64,000 nucleotides of DNA from a virus, in the IMG/VR virus record IMGVR_UViG_3300025086_000015, positions 11,870 to 75,869 of that record, one strand, 5' to 3'. The notes beneath the pieces were generated by a model that saw only the letters and a list, made by a program, of their open reading frames with translations, ran no database searches and was not told where the DNA came from. This document shows positions 1-8,503 of this stretch, in pieces (the stretch's first letter is position 1; the number at the start of each line of letters is the position of its first letter). A program made the position numbers and the translations under genes.

Positions 1-549
1 TCCACTATTATCTGTTACCATAACTAAAGGGTCTACTAAACCAAATTCTGGAGCTGCAGTAGAACCATCAACTATTTCTACTTCAGGGGCATACGCCCAA
101 GGTATAGCATTAGTTGTTATTACATTAGTTGATGTATTAGGATTACTCCCAAGTATATCCCAAATACCTGTGTGAGGAAAATCTTTTAAAGGTAAGAAAA
201 CAAGTTGAGTATACCTCATATTGCCGCTAACATTAATATTTGCAGCTTTTTGCTTAATTAAATCCTCAGTGCTTATAGCTAAAGATCTATCTAGTTCTTC
301 TATATTTTCCTGTAACTCTTTAGTTTCGTTTTCAAAGAAACTTGAAACTTCTGGAGGTAATTCACTAAATACCTCTGCCTTTTTTAATTCTTTTTGTAAT
401 CTTTCTTGTAAGTCAGCACGTCTACTAACTTCCTGAATCATCTTAGCTCTTTCTCTCATACGTCTTGAAGCTTCTTTCTCGCCGTATTTCTCAGACTCTT
501 TCTTATATAGTTCCGCGTTTAAGTCTTTTAATTTTTCGTATTCTGCCAT
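1..549 (-). CDS. Virion structural protein, N-terminal part (runs off the left edge of the window)
   Basis: Not in the ORF track. ATG at 549 with an A/T-rich leader; the frame is open to position 1 (MAEYEKLKDLNAELYKKESEKYGEKEASRRMRE...). Charged coiled-coil N-terminus; lies in the late structural operon. Confidence 0.7.
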   Translation of the reverse strand, partial: MAEYEKLKDLNAELYKKESEKYGEKEASRRMRERAKMIQEVSRRADLQERLQKELKKAEVFSELPPEVSSFFENETKELQENIEELDRSLAISTEDLIKQKAANINVSGNMRYTQLVFLPLKDFPHTGIWDILGSNPNTSTNVITTNAIPWAYAPEVEIVDGSTAAPEFGLVDPLVMVTDNSG

Positions 550-561
550 TATATATTTTTA

Positions 562-1080
562 TTAGCAATCACACCCACATGAGTTATCACATAATTCTTT
601 TGCCTTTGAATATTTTTCATATATATCAGAAAAAATACCACCTGACGCATATTGATTTGGTTGATTTACTAAAGAAACAGCTGTGCTAGCTGCATCTAGT
701 AATAAAAATATTTTTTGAGCTTTTGCTAATGCGCTTGAACATTTAGCACAATCACACGCACAATCTAAAAGCTCGTTTGTTAATTTAGCTAAACAACAAT
801 CAATATCACAATGGTTAAATAGAGGTTTCCTTACCTGCTCAGAACCACCTTCAATTAATCGAACTACAAATAGTCCATTCTTATATCCTAAATTTGATAC
901 TGCATCTAAATTTATTCTCCCTACTCCACCTGCACCACTAAAGGTGATTGTAGCTGTATATAAAACAGCTTGGTTTGGGTAATCTAATATTTCTATTGTT
1001 CCTGTAGTTCCACCTACATAGCTCTTTGCGCTTATAGCTACATAGTTACAACTTGAAACGGATTGGACGTTTAAGCTCAT
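562..1080 (-). CDS. Cys-rich putative virion (tail/neck) protein
   Basis: 172 aa; beta-rich N-terminus and a C-terminus with CDIDCC, CACDCAKC and CDNSCGCDC; located downstream of the capsid genes. Confidence 0.55.
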   Translation of the reverse strand: MSLNVQSVSSCNYVAISAKSYVGGTTGTIEILDYPNQAVLYTATITFSGAGGVGRINLDAVSNLGYKNGLFVVRLIEGGSEQVRKPLFNHCDIDCCLAKLTNELLDCACDCAKCSSALAKAQKIFLLLDAASTAVSLVNQPNQYASGGIFSDIYEKYSKAKELCDNSCGCDC

Positions 1081-1101
1081 TTGAGGTTTTTTTAAATTAA
1101 G

Positions 1102-1142
1102 AAAAAAAAGACCAGCAGGGGGACTAAGCCCCCTGATAGTCT
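1102..1142 (-). terminator. Rho-independent terminator
   Basis: CAGGGGG/CCCCCTG stem (1116-1135) with an A8 tract at 1102-1109 that gives a U-tail on the minus strand. Confidence 0.75.
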
Positions 1143-1159
1143 AATTAAATTTGCTGATC

Positions 1160-1516
1160 TTACTCGTCAGCTTCTGTTACGTACTCTACGTGTATGATAG
1201 CATCACTACCACCACTGTAAGTTCCAGTAGTCGTTAATTTTAACGCTCCTGGAGTTGTAATCTTATTTGCTGTTAATGTAAGAGCATTGTAGTCTGCTAT
1301 AGACCCAGTTGCTAATGTGCCCATTAAAGCTGTTGCACCACAATATAATCTTACATTTGTTCCGCCAGCTAAAGCCGTCATTTCGCTTAAATGTGCGCGA
1401 AGAACTAAAGCTCCAGCAGGTAAAACTACATCACTTCCAGCAGAAGGATAATCTCCCGCCGATGTCATAACACCAGTTCTAAATGAAACTGATTTTACAT
1501 TTGATAATTTACTCAT
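1160..1516 (-). CDS. Small beta-sandwich virion protein (capsid decoration / head fibre-like)
   Basis: 118 aa, Gly/Thr/Ala-rich; the LPAGALV...VEYV pattern is typical of phage decoration proteins; follows the capsid genes. Confidence 0.5.
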   Translation of the reverse strand: MSKLSNVKSVSFRTGVMTSAGDYPSAGSDVVLPAGALVLRAHLSEMTALAGGTNVRLYCGATALMGTLATGSIADYNALTLTANKITTPGALKLTTTGTYSGGSDAIIHVEYVTEADE

Positions 1517-1543
1517 TTTAATTTATTTTTTTAAAAGTTAATA

Positions 1544-2536
1544 TTATAGGTTAACTGGAGCGTATCCTACAGATCCTAAGTATCCGTTTAATACTGATTC
1601 CAATGCACCCGTTAATCCTGCTGTTGTATTATCAAAAGCTATATTAACTTCAATAACATTATCAACACCGTTAATCTGAGAAGATGAAGATCCATCTTTA
1701 GTAGCTGCAATATGATACATATCATAAGTTGTTCCTGCTACTGTTGTATTTGCCGGAGTATTTGGTAAGTGAATTCTGTTGTGGTATCCGTACTGGATAG
1801 CTTTGTGATTCTCTTCCATTTCCGCTACATAGAAAGCGTCGCCATAACCTCTGTTTGCTGCTGCAACTAAAGCTAAAGTAGCAACACCACCATTAGATGC
1901 TAATGATAAGTTTTCAGTTACGATTTCAAAAGTTGTTGGGTGCTCTACTACGTTACCTTGTCTGTCTATCTCACCTTTTTTCCATCCTACGAAAGTTAAA
2001 AGATTAGTATTATCCCAAGCGTATGTTTTTATAAAGTCAGGAAGTTGATCAGACTGAGTAGTTGTTACTGCACCACCACCAGAGTTATAAGTTGCATCTA
2101 ACTCATCTACATATGCTTCACCAATTTCTGCTGCAGTATTTAAAGCTGACGCATTAGTTGTAACATTGTAAGACTTCATGTTAAAAGGCTCAGCTCCGTT
2201 AGTTTTGTTAATAAATTTAATGGTAGTTACTACGTCTGCTGTGTTAGTTGCAGCACCAGTAATTTGAACTGTTCTGCTTTCAGCTACTTGAGCTACGTGG
2301 CTTTTACCACTCCAGTCAATAACGTCTTTACCATATATCCACGGACTTACTAAATCTCTTGTTCCATTTCCTTGAACAATTCTAAATTGAGCAGAGTCTG
2401 CTATTGTGTCTCCAGCTACCATTGCTGTTGGTCCTGAAGCGCTTAATTTTTGGATTTCGATAGCACCATTATCCAGTATACCTGCTACTGTTCTAGCTAC
2501 TGCTGTGTCGTTTCCAATGTACAAATGTTTTGCCAT
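1544..2536 (-). CDS. Auxiliary capsid / stabilisation protein (crAss-like)
   Basis: 330 aa, Ala/Thr/Gly-rich; its position three genes downstream of the MCP matches the crAss-like capsid module. Confidence 0.55.
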   Translation of the reverse strand: MAKHLYIGNDTAVARTVAGILDNGAIEIQKLSASGPTAMVAGDTIADSAQFRIVQGNGTRDLVSPWIYGKDVIDWSGKSHVAQVAESRTVQITGAATNTADVVTTIKFINKTNGAEPFNMKSYNVTTNASALNTAAEIGEAYVDELDATYNSGGGAVTTTQSDQLPDFIKTYAWDNTNLLTFVGWKKGEIDRQGNVVEHPTTFEIVTENLSLASNGGVATLALVAAANRGYGDAFYVAEMEENHKAIQYGYHNRIHLPNTPANTTVAGTTYDMYHIAATKDGSSSSQINGVDNVIEVNIAFDNTTAGLTGALESVLNGYLGSVGYAPVNL

Positions 2537-2562
2537 TTTTTTTAATTTTTGTTAATTAATAC

Positions 2563-3720
2563 TTATTCATTTTTCCCAGCCTCTACTGACTGAGATTTAT
2601 ATCGAGGGTCACTAATTCCCTCTAATATGCTACTTACCGTCATATCTACAATTTCTTGATGACAATGTTCAGGTAATTCACAATCGATCGACAAATTTAG
2701 TGAAATATTTGCCGGTTTTCTTATATACGTTATTTTTAGCTTATCTATTATAAATATAGCACTTGTATAGATGTCTATATAACTACCACGTATCGTTGTA
2801 AGTGGTGATGTGTATTTTGTTGTGTTAAAAGGATCATTTAATAATGTAAAAATATCATCATGCTGCACAAATTTATTTACAGCACTTATAGTTGTTCCTC
2901 CAATTATATCTCTCTTATTTCCATACGTACTATCTTCATATTGCGCAGAGGCAGAAACTATGGTATTATTTGTTGCGTCTCTACCAATAAAAGAAGTTGC
3001 TAAATTAGAACCACTAGTTAGATTAGTTACAGACATATCCCAATTAAACCATGGGAATAATGTTGTTGCATCTACCTCAAATATAAAGTTTCCAGGAACT
3101 GTTAGTTCTCCATACTGCTCCCAATACACGTTTATACCCGGAACAGTAATACCTAAAATACTTAATCTAACATTTTCTGTATCTGCTGGATACGTAAATC
3201 CTGAACCACCAGACCAAATTAATTGATCTCCTAAAAGAGGATTATCTGGATCAGCCATCATACGTATTGAGTCAACAAAATCTGTAGATCCATTGTTAGC
3301 ATTATTACATACAAAATCATTTAAACTAATTGTAAAATAATTTAAAGGTTGATTGTTTCTTAAATCCCACGACACACGTTCACAATTGTTAATTTTAACA
3401 TCGGATCTTTGTGACACTAAATACATGTAATCTATAGGTAATTTAAAAGTATCAATCCAAAAATCAGCACTTAATTGATCTTTATATGTTACAGGGTTTT
3501 CATACTCTGTAACTAAAGTTCTTAAGTCATCTATTCTTTTTTGAGATTGTTCAAATCCTTTCCCTAATGCATTGTTTCTACCATATTTTGTATTTATAAA
3601 TTTAATTTGAGCTTTATTCAGCTCTAAATCTATTTCTTCTTGTAGTAGCATATCAGCTTGGAGTGAATTAATTTTATCCACTCCTTGCTGTATTGCTAAA
3701 TGCATTTCGAGTACATTCAT
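2563..3720 (-). CDS. Tail ring / head-tail connector protein (crAss-like)
   Basis: N-terminal EEIDLELNKAQ...GFEQSQKRIDDLRTLV and C-terminal YIRKP...CELPEHCHQEIVDMTV, characteristic of crAss-like ring proteins. Confidence 0.7.
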   Translation of the reverse strand: MNVLEMHLAIQQGVDKINSLQADMLLQEEIDLELNKAQIKFINTKYGRNNALGKGFEQSQKRIDDLRTLVTEYENPVTYKDQLSADFWIDTFKLPIDYMYLVSQRSDVKINNCERVSWDLRNNQPLNYFTISLNDFVCNNANNGSTDFVDSIRMMADPDNPLLGDQLIWSGGSGFTYPADTENVRLSILGITVPGINVYWEQYGELTVPGNFIFEVDATTLFPWFNWDMSVTNLTSGSNLATSFIGRDATNNTIVSASAQYEDSTYGNKRDIIGGTTISAVNKFVQHDDIFTLLNDPFNTTKYTSPLTTIRGSYIDIYTSAIFIIDKLKITYIRKPANISLNLSIDCELPEHCHQEIVDMTVSSILEGISDPRYKSQSVEAGKNE

Positions 3721-3724
3721 ATTA

Positions 3725-4534
3725 TTATACTGCTAATTCTTTAAGTTTAGCTCTTAAAACGGTTAATGTTGAAGAATTTTTCTTATCTCTAAGATAAACA
3801 ACTGCATTATCTAAAGTATCCCCAATTATATCATCTATAAAAATAATTTGGTTTCCTATTTTTCTTAATACACCTGCTGTTATCATTTCTTCTATTTCTG
3901 CCTTTAATTCTAAGTTTTTATCTGAAGCAATTTTTAAGAATTTAGCTGGACTCTTATCTTTGATTTCATAAAGTTGATTCTCTATTTGATCACCTGTTAA
4001 ACGGTCAGGATTAACATTTGCGATCAATCTTAAAATTCTCTTCATAGTTTTTACATCTGCAGAAGCTTTGATAAACATTTTATCTGCATCTTTTCTGAGT
4101 TGAATTTTATTATTTTTAACTTTATCGTCTCTTGTAAGATCTTGAATATAAAATCTTTTTGCAAAATCTTTATCCATTTCATCTTTTGTTAATGCTACAT
4201 GTGGGTGTTTTAAAGCAAATCTGTATTTGATGTAATCGTCAATCTTTACTGGTACACCGTTAGCATCTACTCCAATCTCTAATTCAACTCCCGTAAATCC
4301 TACTGGTACTGTTAAATTAGCCCAAAATTCTTTAGAGTGTTTTGGCCATTCCACATGGTCTGGACTCACATCTAAAAATCCTTTCATAAACTTTTTTTCT
4401 TCCTCTTCATCGAAAGCTTTTAAAGGTTGTCTATTTACATAGACACTGCTGAGTTTTAATACTGCTTCAGCTCGCACTTGTTTTGGGAGATGGTTTAAAA
4501 CCTCTTTTCTCCTTAATGTTACTTTTTTTGTCAT
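3725..4534 (-). CDS. Conserved crAss-like protein downstream of the MCP
   Basis: Probable start MTKKVTL at 4534, because the longer track ORF begins inside the post-MCP hairpin; 269 aa; conserved position next to the capsid gene. Confidence 0.6.
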   Translation of the reverse strand: MTKKVTLRRKEVLNHLPKQVRAEAVLKLSSVYVNRQPLKAFDEEEEKKFMKGFLDVSPDHVEWPKHSKEFWANLTVPVGFTGVELEIGVDANGVPVKIDDYIKYRFALKHPHVALTKDEMDKDFAKRFYIQDLTRDDKVKNNKIQLRKDADKMFIKASADVKTMKRILRLIANVNPDRLTGDQIENQLYEIKDKSPAKFLKIASDKNLELKAEIEEMITAGVLRKIGNQIIFIDDIIGDTLDNAVVYLRDKKNSSTLTVLRAKLKELAV

Positions 4535-4614
4535 TTTCAGTTCTTTTAAATTAATAGTTAAATGTTGAGATGTAAAGAATAACCCTCTCAACCAAGGTAT
4601 ATTATAAATTGATA

Positions 4615-4647
4615 AAGGGGTGGGAGAGAAAATCTCCCCCACATCCT
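4615..4647 (-). terminator. GC-rich hairpin after the MCP (partial terminator / mRNA stabiliser)
   Basis: GGGGTGGGAGAGA...TCTCCCCCAC imperfect inverted repeat about 40 nt past the MCP stop; weak U-tail. Confidence 0.45.
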
Positions 4648-4687
4648 AAATCAAAACCAATATATATAGACGCAAATTAATGCCTAA

Positions 4688-6136
4688 TTAAGATGCTGTA
4701 CAAGTGATGTCAATAGAAGTATCAAATCTACGTAAGCAGATACCAGCTGTTTTCAACATATGTACAGACGCACCATCCACATCAGAAGCTCTAGCATCAG
4801 AACCAGAGAATCCTTTAGGAACTACAGAACCAGCTACACACCATCTCATAGACTCACGACCTTTTTTGTTGATCATTTGTAGGTTGTTTTGTCCATCATA
4901 ATTTGACTGATCAACAAATACCATTCTATAAGATTCTAATGAATATCCAGTTACTGGGTGTTTTGCACGAGCTTGAGCAACAGCACCATGATCAAACAAT
5001 GGTAATTTTACCACGTTTACAGAGTGTCCGTCAATATGCTCGTACGATGTAAAGTATCCTGTCATACCTAAGTTACGACCTGATCCAGTTACAAACTTAC
5101 CGTTATCTACAATTTTAAATGTATTACCAGCAAAGTGCGATTTAAGAGCCTCATCAAATTCTCTAGCTCCACCGATTCCAGTGTAAAGAGTAATTTGTTT
5201 TTTAGAAGCATCTGTCATTTGGTAGAATAAATCACCAATGATGTTCTTTAATTTAGACTCAGTCATTACAGAGTAAGTGTCTTTGTTAACAATTTGCTCT
5301 AAAAGACCTGGGCCTACAATTACTGGCTGACCATTTTCATCTTTCATGAAAGTAGCACCGTTAGCATCATAAGTTTTTTGTCCGTACCAGTAGTACATTT
5401 CACATTCTTCTTTAAAGTCAAGCATGTGTAAGTACTCCTCATAATCCATCCAAAGTTTAGTAGTAGATCCACCTTTAGTTGGTAAAGAGAATTCTGCTAC
5501 AAAATCTTTAGCGTTTCCAGACATGTGGTAAGATTTTCTAACTGTAGTTAGTTTATTTCTTACTAAACCTGGAGTTTCCCAGTTTGAAGCGTTACCTCTA
5601 GAGAAGTCTACTCCTACTGGTGCATACATTTGCGCGAAAAGCGCTCCTGCCGCAACATCCGCTGCTGGCATAGTTGCCGTAGCTGATGGGTTTACTAATT
5701 GTAAAGTGTATTTGTAAGATGTGCTTCCTGCTACTTGAGTAGGCTCCATCATTATACGTGCTTGCACCCCAGACTGAGATACTAATACGTATGGAAATAC
5801 GAAGTGTTTATCAGGAAATTCCAACTCGAAAGTTGCCCCTCCTAATCCTAAATTTGCTGTGCTTGCTGGTACCACTGCTACTGGTCTTGTTCTCAATCTG
5901 TGTGTTGACACACGATATTCATACTCAAGACGGTCAATAGACTTAGTGTTTCCAACACCTTCCGTTAAGAAAGATAAAGGGAATCTAGCGTCATCTTTTC
6001 CTGCTAAATGAGTAATAATCGGAGACAATTCCGTAGGCTTGGATAACAAAGCATTAGATAGACTGTTCATATCAGTCATCTGTGAGTCATTGTAAAACGT
6101 CTTTTGGACGCTTATGTTAGTTCCATTTACTGCCAT
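4688..6136 (-). CDS. Major capsid protein (crAss-like)
   Basis: 482 aa; TDMNSLSNALL, RNKLTTVRKSY, GPGLLEQI, YTGIGGAREFDEAL, HPVTGYSLESYRMVFVD and ASDVDGASVHML motifs typical of Crassvirales MCP; portal-scaffold-MCP order. Confidence 0.9.
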   Translation of the reverse strand: MAVNGTNISVQKTFYNDSQMTDMNSLSNALLSKPTELSPIITHLAGKDDARFPLSFLTEGVGNTKSIDRLEYEYRVSTHRLRTRPVAVVPASTANLGLGGATFELEFPDKHFVFPYVLVSQSGVQARIMMEPTQVAGSTSYKYTLQLVNPSATATMPAADVAAGALFAQMYAPVGVDFSRGNASNWETPGLVRNKLTTVRKSYHMSGNAKDFVAEFSLPTKGGSTTKLWMDYEEYLHMLDFKEECEMYYWYGQKTYDANGATFMKDENGQPVIVGPGLLEQIVNKDTYSVMTESKLKNIIGDLFYQMTDASKKQITLYTGIGGAREFDEALKSHFAGNTFKIVDNGKFVTGSGRNLGMTGYFTSYEHIDGHSVNVVKLPLFDHGAVAQARAKHPVTGYSLESYRMVFVDQSNYDGQNNLQMINKKGRESMRWCVAGSVVPKGFSGSDARASDVDGASVHMLKTAGICLRRFDTSIDITCTAS

Positions 6137-6198
6137 TTTTTTATTATTTTTTTAAAGTTATTATACAAAATTCAAGTTTCCCTGAATAGTTGCCATTA

Positions 6199-7338
6199 TT
6201 AAATTGATAGATCTAAATTTTCTAAATCTACATTACCACCTTTTCTTCGAGTTGATCGCCTTGTACTTTTTACTCGGTCTTCATTTCTACTAATACGGTC
6301 TTTTAAAGATCTTGCGTTTTGTGTTTTAGCTTTTGTTTCTACTATACCACCTAAATCAAAACCTTTATACATTAAATAATCGATAGCTAATTTTACATCC
6401 ATATCAGCATCTCGATGATCTAAATCTCTTTGAGTGTACCCTTCACGTGTAACAGGGGTAGATAGATAATCAAAAAACTTATTCTTATCTCTATCAGGTA
6501 CACTTATTCCTGCAAACTCTCCTGAGTCCTCAATAGTATCAGCCACTCCATTCCAAAATTCTGTTAATTTTGATTCTTTCTGTGCCTGTTGCTGACGTTG
6601 CTCTTCTACCATTTGCGATCTTTGCGCATCTTGTAAATTAGCTAACGCTGTTTTAGCTTGTTCAGCTTTTGAGAACAGTTTACCTGTATCCTCATAATCG
6701 TTTACCATTTCATCGATAAAGTTTTGTTCATGTCCTTTTGTAGCAAAATAATTTGCTAACAATTGTTTTTGCATCCTAACATCGCCCTCATCAATTTGTA
6801 AAAGACTATAATCCGCATTAGGATCATTTGCTTCCATAAATTTTTGAGAATCTCCACCAGCTAACACATAATCTAAATGTTGTTTTACTAATGGGAATGC
6901 TTCCATTACTTCATCAATTCTATCATCGGCAATTTGACTTGCCACATCAGCAGTTAATGCTGCAATACCTTCTGGAGTGTCTTCGTAATCTGCTCCTTCA
7001 ACGTCGTATCCTAATTTTTCCATAACTTCAGAAATAACTGAGTCATCTCTATAGTCTTCTGGATTTAAATCTTCATCGTCGTCGTCGTCATCTTCATACT
7101 CATCCTCTTCATCATCGTATTCATCATCCTCTGCATCTGCATCATCTTCGTAGTCACTTTCAATTGCTAATTCATCTTTAGCCTCATCTTCTGTGTCTAC
7201 TTCATCTAGCTCCTCTAACTCTGGTTCAGGTTGAGGTTCTAGAGGTACTTCTACTTCTGGGGTCGTTGTTACGCCCGCTCCCCCAATAACATCATCAAAT
7301 GTAATGTCATCAAGTTGTATTTTTTCATTAGGTTCCAT
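6199..7338 (-). CDS. Acidic scaffold-like protein preceding the MCP
   Basis: 379 aa; long D/E tract, coiled coil and basic C-terminus; conserved crAss-like position directly upstream of the MCP. Confidence 0.7.
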   Translation of the reverse strand: MEPNEKIQLDDITFDDVIGGAGVTTTPEVEVPLEPQPEPELEELDEVDTEDEAKDELAIESDYEDDADAEDDEYDDEEDEYEDDDDDDEDLNPEDYRDDSVISEVMEKLGYDVEGADYEDTPEGIAALTADVASQIADDRIDEVMEAFPLVKQHLDYVLAGGDSQKFMEANDPNADYSLLQIDEGDVRMQKQLLANYFATKGHEQNFIDEMVNDYEDTGKLFSKAEQAKTALANLQDAQRSQMVEEQRQQQAQKESKLTEFWNGVADTIEDSGEFAGISVPDRDKNKFFDYLSTPVTREGYTQRDLDHRDADMDVKLAIDYLMYKGFDLGGIVETKAKTQNARSLKDRISRNEDRVKSTRRSTRRKGGNVDLENLDLSI

Positions 7339-7362
7339 ATATATATATTGTTTAGTTGGTCA

Positions 7363-7432
7363 CAAAAGTACAGAATTATTTCTTTCTTTTGCGCTTGGTT
7401 ATTTTTTTATCATTTACTTTACTGTATAACAC
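7363..7432 (-). promoter_or_regulatory. Late promoter: Bacteroidota -7 element plus upstream motif
   Basis: TACTTTTG (TAnnTTTG) on the minus strand at 7363-7370, 25 nt above the scaffold ATG; motif CTTTACTGTATAACA at 7417-7431. Confidence 0.65.
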
Positions 7433-8503
7433 TTTGCGGTCTATAAAACCACCCTCTCTCATGCTAACTTCAGGTTGTTTATCTATATTTATAGCAACAG
7501 GTATACCTTCCCCACCTTTAGATAGATATTTTGGGGCAACAGTCCAACGAAGTTGATTGTAAGGATTATCAGCAATCAGCCCATCTTCCATCATTTTTTC
7601 AGCTTTTAGATTTTGGTTAAAATCAAAAGTATCTGTAAGTGTATACCCAGTATCTGTTTCTTCTACATTTCCATACCCAATAGTTGTTTTCAATATTAAA
7701 TTAGGATTTGTAATTTTATCGTACAGATTTGTATTTTGAATACTAAGATTTTTCCCATAATCTGAATAATCTAATATTCTATTATTCAAATCAGCATCAC
7801 CTTCTGTTCGAGAATCTGTTTGTTCTTTTCTTTTCTCGACAATTTTTGTTAATAGTTCAAGCTCTCCTTTAGATAAATCTTTTTCTGTAATTGGCTTTTT
7901 ATACCCTAAACGAGTTTGTATTTTTCTTGGTAAATAAGATAGAGGAGAAAATTTACCTATAGGATTGTCTTTATTAAATAACATATTATCTTGAGCGTCC
8001 TCCATTGTCATCCTAATATTAATCGGTACTAATTCATTATAAGCAGCTTGCGATGCAGACTTGCCGTCAAACCAATTTTTAGGTAATAGTTGTCTCCCAT
8101 ATTCTAATGCTGCATCTTGAAAATCTAAAGACGCATAAACACTTTTAGCTACTCTTCTGTGTTGATAAGCTCCTTTTGATACACGGGAAACAACATCACC
8201 ATCAGAATTAAATACTCCTGAACCTATACCTTTTAAACCGCCCTCGTCATATCTACTAGCATCTTCTAACATTTCAGATTTACCAATTTTATCTCCTGTA
8301 GGTAAATTTTCTAAACTTGGGGGCTGAGATTCATATGATTTAACTAAACCTCCAGTTTCTCGTTGTTCAGATTGTTGCTCTTCCTGAGCAGCAGCAGCTT
8401 GTTTATTAATTGTAGCTTGCTCAATTAATTTATATATAGGCCCCCTGTAATCTTCTGCAAGAGCACCTTTAATTATTTCCATTTGTTCTTTAGAACTTAA
8501 CAC
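7376..8503 (-). CDS. Putative internal virion (cargo) protein with xxxGG motifs
   Basis: 375 aa between portal and scaffold; RETGG, YDEGG and MREGG motifs; basic C-terminus. Confidence 0.5.
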   Translation of the reverse strand: MLSSKEQMEIIKGALAEDYRGPIYKLIEQATINKQAAAAQEEQQSEQRETGGLVKSYESQPPSLENLPTGDKIGKSEMLEDASRYDEGGLKGIGSGVFNSDGDVVSRVSKGAYQHRRVAKSVYASLDFQDAALEYGRQLLPKNWFDGKSASQAAYNELVPINIRMTMEDAQDNMLFNKDNPIGKFSPLSYLPRKIQTRLGYKKPITEKDLSKGELELLTKIVEKRKEQTDSRTEGDADLNNRILDYSDYGKNLSIQNTNLYDKITNPNLILKTTIGYGNVEETDTGYTLTDTFDFNQNLKAEKMMEDGLIADNPYNQLRWTVAPKYLSKGGEGIPVAINIDKQPEVSMREGGFIDRKVLYSKVNDKKITKRKRKK

